Part shown: piece after piece, positions 51,871-64,000 of the stretch
How positions within the stretch are numbered: position 1 is the first letter of the stretch
Layout: every line of letters starts with the position of its first letter
Assembly: GCA_024679065.1 (NCBI GenBank)
Contig: JAGIQG010000003.1
Span: forward strand, 106,516,001 to 106,580,000
Length of the DNA stretch: 64,000 nt
Direction: 5' to 3'
DNA from: Sphyrna mokarran
Lineage: Eukaryota
Position numbers and translations under genes: made by a program
Notes under the pieces: generated by a model
Seen by the model: the letters and a program-made list of their open reading frames with translations, nothing else
Databases searched by the model: none
What the model was told of the DNA's origin: nothing

Positions 51871-53545
51871 TCCATCAGCAACTTATTCATATAATGAGAA
51901 AATAAGAATAATTTTGGTTTTTCACAAATGGCATAAGAATATGCTTAGCAGAGAACAAATAGAACACATGTAAGATCCATTAAATTGCATCACTGAATGT
52001 ACTGTGAGGTTGATTCAAGTCATGTGAGAAGATTGGGGCAATGAGGCTATGGAAAGTTTTGACCAAGGAAGCTTGATTAGTTAACTGGCAGCCTAGGTAA
52101 GATAGATACATCTACTAACAGTTACACTAAAGAAAATGTTGGGTGGAATTTTCCCAAAACAGTTTTAAGGCGTTGAACTTATGAACCCGTGCCACCCAGC
52201 TTTCAGCGAGGTGAGATGGTAAAGTCTGGTGGGAGATGAAAAGATTAAGCTCGAGCCTGGCATTGCGTTTCCCTGATCGTACCGGCATTGTTTTGCCAGC
52301 AACAGCGATCCAATTCATGCCCACCGCAACTTGGATTTTTCTCCTCATAGGCTATCTTTCCGGCTTGATACGCTGGCCTATCGACAAGTCTTTCTCATGC
52401 ATGTTCCCCAGAATCAGTGGCAAGCTGAGCTGTTGCCCATATTACCAAGGGATTTTGTGCACAAGTACTTAGACAGAGATTGTCCTGTAGCTCCAGAAAA
52501 TAACTTATCACAATTTTTCTGCTCAGTTTCAGCAGCCATTACAGTTAGAGGTAAGTATTGTAGATCAGTTGCTGGAGAAAACCATCAATGAAATCCTTGT
52601 CTAAAATGTAGCCCAGGATTCCTTTAGTTTAAATAATGTAGCTGTACTGTCCATCCCAACTGTTGCTATCAATAATTTGAGAGCAAATTTTAGCATGAGT
52701 TCAATTGTCAGAAGGGCCCTTAATCAGGCACAGGGTGTCATTTATATTTATTTATTAGGCTCTTGCTGCTTTCAGTGTTTGCTCTAGGTCATTAAGAAGT
52801 TAGCTCAGCTAATATGGCATCTGGCATACTTTTGGTCCAGATTGGGCACAGCCGATCACAACATGAAACTTCGAGACCTAATGCCTATCGGACATAGGAA
52901 AATGGGAGAGGAGCTCATGTTGAATTCTTGCCCCCACTGTGTGCATTTTAAAATCCTTTCTATGCAATTCTTATCCTGGTGATAGCTGATGCAATGTATT
53001 GTTAAATTCATCTAGCATCCCTATTATGATTCTCTAGAAACTAATCATTGCAGCTGCACCTGGCATCTGGAACTCACAATTTTATTGAAGGCACATTTGG
53101 ATTATGAAGCTCCCAGATAGGGGAAATAATTATGGTTGCACATGTGAATCAATTAACAGCACAATGTTACAAATTACCCATGGAATACTCTGAGAATGGA
53201 TCTATAGACACATACTCAGGCATTCCAACTGGAGTCATAAATTTGATGGAATCATAAAATTTTACAGCAGATGTAAGCCATTTGGCCCATGACACCTGTG
53301 CCAACTCTTTGAATGAATGCTATTTAGACCCTTTTTTCTTCTTTTTCAAGTATTCATAATTTTAAAAGGCATCACAACTGTTTCTGGCAGGATGTTCCAT
53401 GTGCTTACATTCGTCTGCATAAAAAATTTCCCTTCATTCCTACATTTCTTCATTTCTTTCATTTCATTTCAAATTACTGGCTCAATAATCATAGTAAGAA
53501 TCTGGCAACACCAATTTTAAATCCAACCAATTTATTTGATAGTAA

Positions 53546-53583
53546 ATCTGCGAGCTTTCGACTTTCGTCTTCGTCAGGTAAAT
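53546..53583 (-). ncRNA. Putative minimal hammerhead ribozyme (mirror copy, PTPRG-sense strand)
   Basis: AUUUAC-CUGACGA-A-GAC(GAAA)GUC-GAAA-GCUC-GCAGAU; one A-C mismatch in stem I. Confidence 0.6.
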
Positions 53584-53618
53584 GCAGTGTTCTGGTCCAT
53601 ACCAGACCAGAACACTGC

Positions 53619-53656
53619 ATTTGCCTGATGACGACGAAAGTCGAAAGCTTGCAGAT
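53619..53656 (+). ncRNA. Putative minimal type-I hammerhead ribozyme
   Basis: AUUUGC-CUGAUGA-C-GAC(GAAA)GUC-GAAA-GCUU-GCAGAU: stem I, core boxes, stem II, palindromic AGCU stem III. Confidence 0.65.
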
Positions 53657-53829
53657 TCACTATCAAATAAATCGGTTGGATTTAAAATTGGTGTTGCCAG
53701 ATTCTTACTGATTTACCTCAGTCCAACGCCGGCATCTCTACATCATCAATAATCATACACAGGCTTCCATCTGTCAACAGGATTGTCTGCTGAAATAATA
53801 GTTTTGGTAGATTCCTAAATCATCATTTA

Positions 53830-54410
53830 ATTTGATTTGATTTATTATTGTCACATGTATTAGTAAACAGTGAATATCATTGTTTCTTGCACATTACACA
53901 GACAAAACATACCACATATAGGGAAAAAAAGCAGAAAGTGTAGAATGTAATGTTATAGTCATAGCTAGAGAAAGACCAACTTAATGTGAGGTAGGTCCAT
54001 TCAAAATCTGATGGCAACAGAGAAGAAGTTGTTTTTGAGTCAGTTGATATGTGCTTTCAGACTTCTGTATCTTTTTCCTAATAGAAGAAGGTGAAGAGTA
54101 TGTCTGGAGTATATGAGACGTTTGATAATGCCGGCTGTTTTTCCAAAGCAGGGGGAAATGTAGACAGTGTCAAAGGATGGAGGAAGCCAGTTTGAGTAAT
54201 GGACTGGACTTCATTCAAGGCCCTTTGTAGTTTTTTGGGTTCTTGGACAGGGCAGGGATTATACCAAGCTGTGATACAAACAGAAAGAATGCTTCCTATG
54301 TGTATCTGTAGAAGGTGGTAAAAACATCTGCAAGGAGGGACCAGGACAGGTTGTTGATGATCTGGACACCTAAAATCTCTCGACCATTTCTACTTTATTC
54401 CCATTGATGT
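53830..54410 (-). mobile_element. Rex1/Babar-like LINE 3' fragment
   Basis: (atttg)n tail at left; reverse-complement match to 34165-34390. Confidence 0.55.
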
Positions 54411-57024
54411 AGATAAGGTAAATAAGGCAGATGAAGTTAATTTTTTTAATTACAGATAACTATATGATTTAATTTTGACCAAAGATGTTTTAAAATTAAT
54501 ACATTTGTACTTTACATTTCTAGTTTTAAGTGATTCATTATCTGAATGGACCTCTGCAAGATCTGCTGTGTGGTAAGAAGCATAGTGCAATCAAGAGCAA
54601 GCCCAGAGCTCCAGCTCCATTACTTTTTACATTCTAAATAAATATATCCAAATGCAGTAAGACATTCTATCTCAGTTCCCTACTTTCCTGACCATTCGTC
54701 CATCCACTTAATGGCAAGTACCAGGACCATTTCTTTGAGACCCCAGCAGCAGCCTCTTTGCCGCCCAAAATCTTGCTGCAGCTAGTTAATGCTTTCCAAC
54801 AGCTTTGGACATGAATTTTATGGTGGCTGTGCAGATGAAGCTCGGGTATTGAAGTCTCCTGTGCCTAAGACTGAAGAGGGTCATACAGTTGATCATCCAC
54901 CTCGACTCCTCACCCACATGGCTTTCAATTGACTCCTCGCCTGCACAGCTTTCAGTGAGAGTTGCAATCAGGACTATAGTACTGAATTAGATTGGGTGCA
55001 AGTTCTATGAGTATAGTGGCTTCTTGCTTTCTTTTATACTATGACTATATTAAAGAATCAAGCTGCTAGCTAACATTAGACGCATTTTTGTCACATTCAC
55101 ATTTCTTTGAAACCCATTGAAGCACTTCATAGATATTGAATTACTTTAAGGCCCATTGCCTGCTGTTATATAGACAAACACTCCATAATATATTGTATTA
55201 ATACATCTGCTGAGAAAGATCGGTTAATGGAATCCGGAGACTAGTCAAAACAGGAGGATCCTCTTAAATGTTGAAGAGCTTTTGGCTGTTAGGTTTGTAG
55301 TTTTCTCTGCAAATTGTAGTTGCAATGTCCTCACTTGCAATAAATTTACTGGCCGACTCTTCACAGCCTTTTACACAAGGAGGAGTCTCTTAAGAGCACA
55401 ATGGCGAAAGACAAGGAAGTATCTTTGGCCGACATTGTAAAGTTCCAATTTATTGTAATTCTTCCAACAGCAAGTTAAGTTCTTGTATGAGAAAAATCAG
55501 AAGCACTAAATTTCAGAAGCAGAGAAGGACAACTAAGGAATAGGCAAGTACACATTCATGTGTTGGACCCATTAAAACTGAACTATATGGTGCTATTTGA
55601 AACAAAATGATTAATATTTCTGATAGGTTTAGGAATTTTGATCTACTAATGTTCAAAGGTCCCTGACAAATATTTTGCCATGTTTGCTGAATTGCTCCCT
55701 CCAAACAGTCCTGAAGCTGGATGTGCTTCATTATAGGTGTATGCATAGCAAGATAATTTATCAGGTTATAAAAATACAGAGAATATTGCAAACTGAACTA
55801 TTTATTGGCTAAAACTTAATGTTGGATTTGTATCCTACTGACTCTAAGGTTGTCAGGTAATTAAGCATGCTGTAGCTTTGAAAATGTGACTGTTGTTGCC
55901 AGTGTCTAAATGCATCTCCCTTGAGCTGACAATGTTACCATGTGCTGCTTGGTTGTTTTCTTATTAGGAATGCTGCATTGCTTCATTTGATAAACTGTTT
56001 ATACAAAGACATCAGCATAATAGTGGAAGTTCCCTTTATCAACAGATTGGCAGGATGTGGTTTTGTTTTTATACTTCCCACATTTCAGATGGAATTTAAT
56101 TGCATCGCCCTTGGCAAGTTAGGTACCAGGGGTTATTTAATCAGGTGGGAGGGTGGCCTCCTTCTTTCTAATTAAGTCTATGGCGGAAGAGTCCAGTGGT
56201 AGCCACCCTGTCCTGTCACCTTTTGAGGCTCTCAAGTGGGCAATTAATGCTTAGTTAAGGGCCTCACTGCCAGCGATGCTACTAATTCAGCTACTAAGGC
56301 AGTTCGGGAACTAGGCATGTGAGGGACTTGACAAATCCATTGCAGGCTCCCAGAGTGTCCCACTTTCAAAGGCTCTGATTGAAGGACCTGACATCAGCAC
56401 GGAGGTGGAACTGCCGACAGCTACTTACGTGGTCTTGATGCTGACCCTCCTCGTCCACAACTCCAAATTGCAAACTCCTTCCTGCCATCAGTCATCTGTG
56501 ACCTAAGTTCCAGCGATGATACTAGGGCTCAGGTGGATGTTATGTTAGAAACAGGCACCACCAACTAAACAATTTGATTAATTGACAGATCTTGGCCAGC
56601 AGGATCACTGTTCCTATATTCTAGTTCCTAGGGGCGATCCCCCACTGTCCAGTTAAGTGTCTGAGTGGTACTTAATCCTGTGAGAAGTTCCCTAAAATAG
56701 ACAACTTTGTTCCAATTTCAAGTGCAATGCTGTGTAGAAGAAGCCAAGGTCAGTCCCCAGAAAAGAAGTGAAAAATTTGAAAGGTGACCACCCTGTACTT
56801 CTTTCAGGTATTCTCTCTGGTATTGATCGAGGCTGAGGAGCAATCTCCAGTTCATCCTCTTACGGGACAATCTCCATAATATAACAAAAAAAGGTACGAC
56901 CATCTCCACCAAAGCAAACTTTGGTTAAAACAACTCATTAAAAAAAAGAATAGGCATTAAACTTGTGTCTGTAGATTAGAATGGACATCCAGTTATATTC
57001 AAGGTTCTGTGTTACTTTCTTCGT

Positions 57025-57776
57025 TTGTGGATGACACCAAAATTGGTGGTGTAGTGGACAGTGAAGAAGGGTTATCTCAGATTACAATGGGATCTTGATC
57101 AACTGGGCCAGTGGGCTGAGGAATGGCAGATAGAGTTTAATTCAGATAAATGCGACGTGTTGCATTTTTGTAAGATCAACCAGGGCAGAGTTTGCACAGT
57201 TAATGGTAGGTACTGGGGGAGTGTTGTCGAACAGAGCTGCAGGTACATAGTTCCTTGAAAGTGACATCACAGGTAGACAGGGTGGTGAAGAAGGCATTTG
57301 AAACACTTGCCTTCACTGCCTACAGGAGTTGGCACTTATGTTACAACTGTAGGTGACATTGGTAAGACCATGCTTGGAGTGCTGCATACAGTTCTGGTTG
57401 CCCTGCTATAGAAAAATGTTATTAAACTGGGAAGGGTGCAAAAAAGATTTACAAGAATGTTATCAGAACTTGAAGGTTTGATTGTGAGAGGCTGGATAAG
57501 CTGGGACTTTTTTCCCCTTGAGCTTAGGAGATTGAGGGGAGGCCTTATAGAAATTTACAAAATCATGAGGGGTATAGATAAGGTGACTAGCCAAGATCTT
57601 TTCTTCAGTGAAGCAGAGTCCAACACTAGACGGCATATGTTTAAGTGATAGGGGAAAGATATGAAAGGGATCTGTAGGGTGTCAAATGGGATTAATTCAG
57701 TTTAGGAAACCTGCTTGGCATGGACAAGTTGGATCTAAGGGTCTGTTTCTGTGCTGTATATCTCTATGATTCTATG
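57025..57776 (+). mobile_element. CR1 LINE 3' fragment
   Basis: FVDDTKIGGVVDSEEG, LQWDLDQLGQWAEEWQIEFNSDKC, QKRFTRML; tail ctatgattctatg. Confidence 0.85.
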
Positions 57777-58325
57777 AGTGTTGTCTGCCAACAGCCCTCA
57801 ATGTAGTAAATCTTCTTTACTGCTAACTTCAAATTCAAATAATCATGAAGATGCAAAGATTTGTAAATGGAGCAGTAGATGTCTGAATTTCAGACAGAAA
57901 GTCTGAGTTAGCTTTTAAATAAATTTGCAAATTCTACGACAGGCCAGTAAAACACTTTAGAACATGGTGCAAGGAAAGTTATTTTGAAATAAGAAAATCT
58001 AAGGTTAAGCACAACTAGATTTTAAGGGGTCATTGAATAATCAAGAATGAAGATAATAATCAACACAAGAACATTGTGTTTTTTAAGTAATGTCAAAAAG
58101 ATATTCAAGAATGAAAAATGAAAAATAATGATAAATGTCTTTTCTAAACAGTGATGTAGAGGAAACTATAATAATGGATGAATACAGCACAGGAATAAGT
58201 TGTTTGGTAATGATAGTCAATGTTTCCTTCAAAAGTGTCCAAATGTAATCCAACTTTCCTCTCTTGTTCAAGCTATTAATTTACTCTTTCTTAAATACAA
58301 GGGTTCTGCTTCAAGAATAGTTTAA

Positions 58326-58451
58326 GGGTTGAATTTTCCTCTACTGCCTGCCACGGGAATCATAGCAAGTGGGACAGCACCATGCAAAAGTCCACTGGCC
58401 TCAAGCTGGATTTTCTGGTCTTGGGGTGAGCGTGGCTAGAAAATCCTGCCC
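58326..58451. mobile_element. Short Harbinger-type MITE
   Basis: TIR-like ends gggttgaattttc / gaaaatcctgccc, flanked by taa and tat. Confidence 0.5.
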
Positions 58452-60793
58452 TATGGCAAAGAATTCCACATTTTAATCACCTTTTGTGTGAAGAAGCACC
58501 TCCTGTTTAATTCTTTTTGACAAGTGTCTTATTTTTGGATCCTCCCCTTGTGAACTGATGAAAAGAAATCTACAACTATTTACCTCTGCATAATCTTTTA
58601 TAAACCTGAAGATCTCACTATTGCATCACCCTCTTAACTTTTACAGCTGTAGTGAAAGAAAGCTTTGATTTCTTGAGCCAGTTATTGTAACTGAAATGCA
58701 TCACTTCAGATGCAAAATAATTCAACACAAACTCAAATTCTGTGCCCATTTTGATAACGAGGCCCAGGTGTGCATCAGACCTATACATTCCGGTGCAGGG
58801 ACCATTCCCTGCACACCCAATTTTTGACATAAATATAAATTTTACATGGAAGTTAAACTGAATATTAAAACTACCAAGAATCAAAACTTCTTTTGAAATT
58901 TATAAGCCTGCATTCTGCATTTTGCCAACGAGAACAGATTTTATGATCCCTCTGCCAATTCTATCATACACCTAGACAAACTAACTATTTCCCTACGTCA
59001 GAGTAAAAACTATCTGTTTGGTGTTCAGTGCTTTGTTACAGTATGTCATCAAGATTGTCCGTGAACTGTGTGGCCAGATGAATCAAAAGTAGGAAATAGC
59101 TGTCTCAGCAACATTAAGCAACATTCTAGCTGCCAGTGTTTTGGTAGCTGTTTGGTTAGTATGAAGTGGAAGAATATTGTGATTCACAAGGCTGAAGGCA
59201 TCATGGTGGTGTGGGGCAGGCTGAATGGACCATCTCGTCTTCTCCTAACATCATTTTTGTATGCTCATGTGTTTGTAAGCCCTTTGCTTCACTATCATTA
59301 AATCTTGAGAATCAGCTGAAGGAAACGCACAATTTCTGCTTCCTTATAAAAGGTGGATACATCTCATGATCAGGAGAGCACTAAAATAATTATGTAGGAA
59401 ACTAAAAACAAAATTTAAAAAATTGCAGCAATATGAGGTTCTATTGTCCAATGAGGCTCTGTTGTCAAAGTGAACCTAATGTTCATCTGCAATCTGCTTC
59501 TCAGGGCCTGATGTGTACACTTGTCAACAGACAGACAGGGACAATTATTCAAAGTGAATGAACAGAAGACAGTGATCAACAGCACCCAGTGAAAACCTGT
59601 GACAGGAGGTCGATGAAGATAATTTATCCAGGCAAGCCTGTTTAACTACTGCACAGAAGAATAAAACATGAAGGATTCACCTCTGCTACAGTGGCACTGC
59701 AAATAAAATCATAAAAAAGTAGATTATTTAAATTTAGGTGCTCAATAGAATTCTAGTAGATCTTAACAGACAGTGTGCAACTAACCAACTGGGGAAACAT
59801 TTGATTCCTTATCTAAGGATTAACAGATACAGGTCTTTAACCTTAATGCTCCTGGCATTATGGTGAAAGGGCACTGATGAAAGCAAAGTGTAACTGCATG
59901 ACAAATGTATGCATGCATTCTTACTGCCTGGTATCAAATCAATGTTTTGTGACATGGTCTTATCATTCCTGTCAACAGATATTTGACAGACAAGTAAATT
60001 AGCAACATTTAGGTTCTCAGCATTTGAGAGTCAGGTAATAAGAACTAGATAAAACTTGAATCAAGTGAAATATAATTTAATGACTGAAAGCTTTGCATAT
60101 TATGCACTAGTAACATTTTAGACCAAAAACAGTAGTATTTTCAAATTCCTCTATGGAAAACACTGTAACAGTCTATCCAGTGGTTTCTGTGACAATCTTC
60201 TTGCCAAGAATATAATAATCTTACTTTTTATGTCCTATATATCCATTCATTTAAATACACACATCGTCCTTGCATTCTGTGTGGGTCAAATGTAAGCAAA
60301 ATCTGTCATATATCTCTGGAATCAACTGCCTCCCCACCACCCCCTACTCTCTCTAGACCAAGCAGGTTAAAAATGCAGTTATAAATCATTAGGATTTCAG
60401 ACTAAAACTTTGTATGAATCAACGATGCTGTGTTTTTTGCAGGGTCACAAATCACGCACTTGAGGCAAGACCAATATAGCAACTAAACATTTAATCAAAA
60501 TGTGATATTTTCAGTACAAGGCATGAAAGCCATTCCATCTTACCCATGTTTTGAGTTAGTAAAAATTACAATAAATTCCTAAGTTTATTATTACATTGCA
60601 AAATATAAACATGCCATTGACTGATTCGTCAATAAAGGACTTGGGCAATCATAGATTAAGGACTAACTTGAAAGGATATTTTTATTATATACTGCTTAAG
60701 TTGTATAAATATGAACCCGAACAAAATGGCATTCAAAAATTGTGTTGCAATATTTACAAAAAGTATCTCGAGAAAAAGGAATAACTGACTTAC

Positions 60794-60885
60794 CTGGAAT
60801 CGGGATAATGGGAATGCTTTCATTAGGAACCACACGTGGTGAACTGCTATCTTCCACATAGAAGTGTGCTGTCTGAAAACACTTT
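60794..60885 (-). CDS. PTPRG: PTPRG exon, juxtamembrane: (R)[30 protein letters not shown](D)
   Basis: 92 nt; acceptor ttctcctcAG, donor GTaagt; missed by the ORF track. Confidence 0.93.
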
Positions 60886-62039
60886 CTGAGGAGAAAATAA
60901 ACAATGTACTTATTCTCTGAAAAACTGTCTGAATGGACCAGAATTTAAGTTTTTGATACAGTGGGCGCTTGTAAATAAATCCCTGGGACATTGCCATTAT
61001 TTGAATTTATAGTTGATTGTTAATCATTCTAAGATTTCTGATGAATCAAAGAACTAAAATGAATATTAATCTAAATTCTTTCTCTTTCCTTGAAGTGCTG
61101 CAACAGCAATATCCACTAGTTTTAAAACCTATCATAGTTACCCAACTATCCTATTTTAACGTAAAGTTTTATAAAACATTATAAGCCCTCTGTCTTTTAT
61201 TCTGAGGCCATATGGAACAATAATACAAAACTGAACTACAGCTGCTGAGAAAGAGAAATCAATAGATATGCTCCTAAATGGTCTGAAAAGCAGCCTGGGG
61301 CCCAAGGAGAATGAAAATATCACATTACAAAGGAGGATTCAAACAAAACAGTTTCTGCCAGTAAAAGATGTGTGGCATCACAAACCTCCCAATATTTTAC
61401 CTGTACTTGATGCAAAGTAACGAGCACAAATTGGTCATCATTGAGAAAGCACGGACAAGAAAATCACACAGAGCTGTGAACAGCCTTTGCATGGTGATGT
61501 TGACTGAAGCTGGACTCTAAAACTCCAGCGTCATTGCTCATCTGATTTAATGACTTTCCTTGGGCTGGAACTGAATATCAAATGAGCCTCCCTGTGCGCT
61601 TGTGACAGGAGGAGGGACTTCTATGTTCATCAGGGGCTTTTAACAAAAGGATTATTATGCTGCAATGATGCTCTTAATAAACCGTTTGGGAGCACCAGCA
61701 TGCAGCCTTAACGTTGCTGATTCCTGATTCATGTAAATTTACTGGTCTCACCCTGAAAAGAAGAAATGTCCTTAATGTTTTTCCAATGCAGTGTTCTGTT
61801 ATACACAGGGATCTCACACTGTATAATTGCTGAGCAGTAATTACTGTCTGCTAATTAAGGCACTCACCATAACTCAACTACAGCTAAAGGCGTTGATTAT
61901 TCGTGGGTGTCTTATTTGGTTTTATCATGCAGAATATTAAAATACTTGGTTATCAGTGTACGTAGGAATAAATAATACCAATTCCAAATATGCTTGTGAC
62001 TGTAGTGTTCTAAAAACTGTATAGATTCAATTGTTTTTT

Positions 62040-62990
62040 TTAATTATTCGTTCATAGAGTGCAGACAATGCGGGTAATGTCCACATTTATTGTCCATCCC
62101 TAAATGTCCTTGAGAAGGAGATGACGTGAACCTCCATCTTGATTTGCTCCAGTCTGTATGAAGTTCTGTTAGAAAGGGAATTCCAGGATTTTGACAATGA
62201 AGATGATATTTCCAAGAAAGGATGGCCTGTAATTTGAAGAGGAAGTTGGAGACGATGATCTACCTACTATATTTGTTCATCCAGATTCTTCTAGGCAGTA
62301 GACTTTGCAAGTTTGGGAATTGCTGTTGAAGAAGTCTTGGGGAGTCACTACAGTGTCCTTTGCAGATGGGTACGCATTAGCCAGGCTGCACCCTGTGGCA
62401 AAAGCAAATGTTTCAGCTAGTGGACAGTGTACCAATCAAATGGGCTGCTTTGTTCTTGCATGTTGCTGAGTTTTTTGTGTTGTTGGAGTTGCACTCATTC
62501 AGATAAGTGAGAAACAGCCATATCCTGATTGTGCCTGGTAGATGCTGGAAAGGTTGTAGGCAGGCAGTCTGGAGATCAGTCATCTACTACGGAATTCCCA
62601 ATCACTAATCCACTCCTATAGTGACAGCTGACCCAGTTATGTTTCTGGCTGATGACAACCCCCAGGATGTTGATGGTGGGGGATTCAATGATGATAATAA
62701 TGTTGACGTCAAGGGAAACTGGTTAAACTCTCTCCTGGTAAGCACGTTCATTGTCTGTCTGGTCATCAGCAGAAAGCCAAGTGATGTTCAAGTCTTGCTG
62801 CATGTGGGGAAAAGGCTGTTTTATATATCTGAAATGTGAATGGTATGTAGCACTGTATAGTCATCAGCTAACATCCCCACTTCTGACCGTCTGTTGGATG
62901 GAAGGTCATTGTTGAATAGCTGATGATGGTTGGGCCTAGGACACTGCCCTGAGGAACGCTTGCAGTGATGATTGATTCAGCATAGGCTGA
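62040..62990 (-). mobile_element. Non-LTR LINE RT/3' fragment
   Basis: ORF 62868..63077 ITASVPQGSVLGPTI; 3' end matches 16030-16345. Confidence 0.7.
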
Positions 62991-63673
62991 TACGACAGTA
63001 ATTAGCCAGATTGGATTTGTTCTGTAACATTTAAATTTATTCTGACTTTTAGTTGAAAAAAAAAGCAAATGTAGCATTTATTTTCATTTAAATAAAGCAT
63101 TTGAATTATGAACTTTTACAGGCTGATTATCAAATTAATTATGGCAATTATAATGTATTTAGTTATTTTCTAAGATTGCATTAGAAATTGGAAATATTAA
63201 AAGTGACTATTAATGCAAATTGTAACAGAAATCTAAGTGAATTAGGATGTATTAGTAAAATTACATTCATTAATACTCGACTAGTTTTAAAAGCCAATTA
63301 AGTTTCAATCACAACAGATTTAGGTTTCAGCTAAAGAACTGGCTTTAAACAATTGGTATAGGTTTATAATAAGGTCTGTTAAGAGTGCAAGAAAGTCCTC
63401 CAAATGTAAGGCATCAATTTTAACCCAGCCTGCTTGCTATGGAAGGGGCAGCTGAATGATTAAAGTATCAAAAATCGACACGTTACTGCTTGGGGCAGTT
63501 AACTGTCATTTTTATTGGTTAACTGGAAATGCACCAAAGGCATCATCCTAGAACAAGTAAGTGCCTCATAAAGAATTACAAATCAACGTTACTGGGATCC
63601 TGATGCTATGTTAATTGGACAGGACAGCTGATCTGCCATCCTGAGTAAGACTGTGCAGGCTTCGTCTCAGAAA

Positions 63674-63906
63674 CTGACTGATATGACTGGTTATGAGGTG
63701 GCGTTGGACTGGGGTAAACACAGTAAGAAGTCTCACAACACTAAATTAAAGTCCAACAAGTTTATTTGGTAGTAAATGCCACTAGCATTCAAACTCCTCA
63801 CTCACCTGAGAAAGGAGCAGCACTCCAAAAGCTAGTGGCATTAACTACCAAATAAATCTGTTGGACTTTAACCTGGTGTTGTGAAATTTCTGACTGACAT
63901 GACTAG
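63674..63906. mobile_element. Penelope-like inverted pLTR insertion with decayed hammerhead core
   Basis: Tail gcgttggactggggtaaaca, arms about 63721-63786 and 63831-63896; flanking direct repeat ctgactgaYatgactRg. Confidence 0.75.
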
Positions 63907-64000
63907 AAACAGACTTTAAAGGTGCACTCACTGCAGGCATTCAGATCTGTAGAATCATGCATTATTGTCATTCATGAATTATAAAGATGAGCTTAGCAAC

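Larger units (their letters stand above)
53482..53757. mobile_element. Penelope-like inverted pLTR insertion: 105-bp inverted repeat, 36-nt tail, 12-bp TSD
   Basis: Arms 53493-53597 and 53605-53709 (6 mismatches), loop CATACCA; TSD TCAATAATCATA at 53482-53493 and 53746-53757. Confidence 0.85.

Overview
Eukaryotic, AT-rich vertebrate genomic DNA, most likely from a shark or other elasmobranch, judging from the HE1/V-SINE, Deu-SINE, CR1 and Penelope-type repeats. The window lies inside one minus-strand gene, receptor-type tyrosine phosphatase gamma (PTPRG). I traced 13 consecutive GT-AG coding exons (1537 nt, frame-consistent) from the juxtamembrane segment through the whole catalytic D1 domain into D2; both ends of the gene lie outside the window. 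The introns hold many transposon remnants: young and old CR1 LINEs, Gypsy LTR pieces, a Tx1/L1 end, Harbinger and MITE pieces, and SINEs. The most striking non-coding signal is a family of three short palindromic insertions flanked by target-site duplications (TSDs), at about 5.4, 53.6 and 63.8 kb. They carry minimal hammerhead-ribozyme cores, consistent with Penelope-like retroelement inverted pLTRs; the 53.6 kb copy has an intact core in both arms. Repeat family names come from recalled consensus similarity, not database searches.
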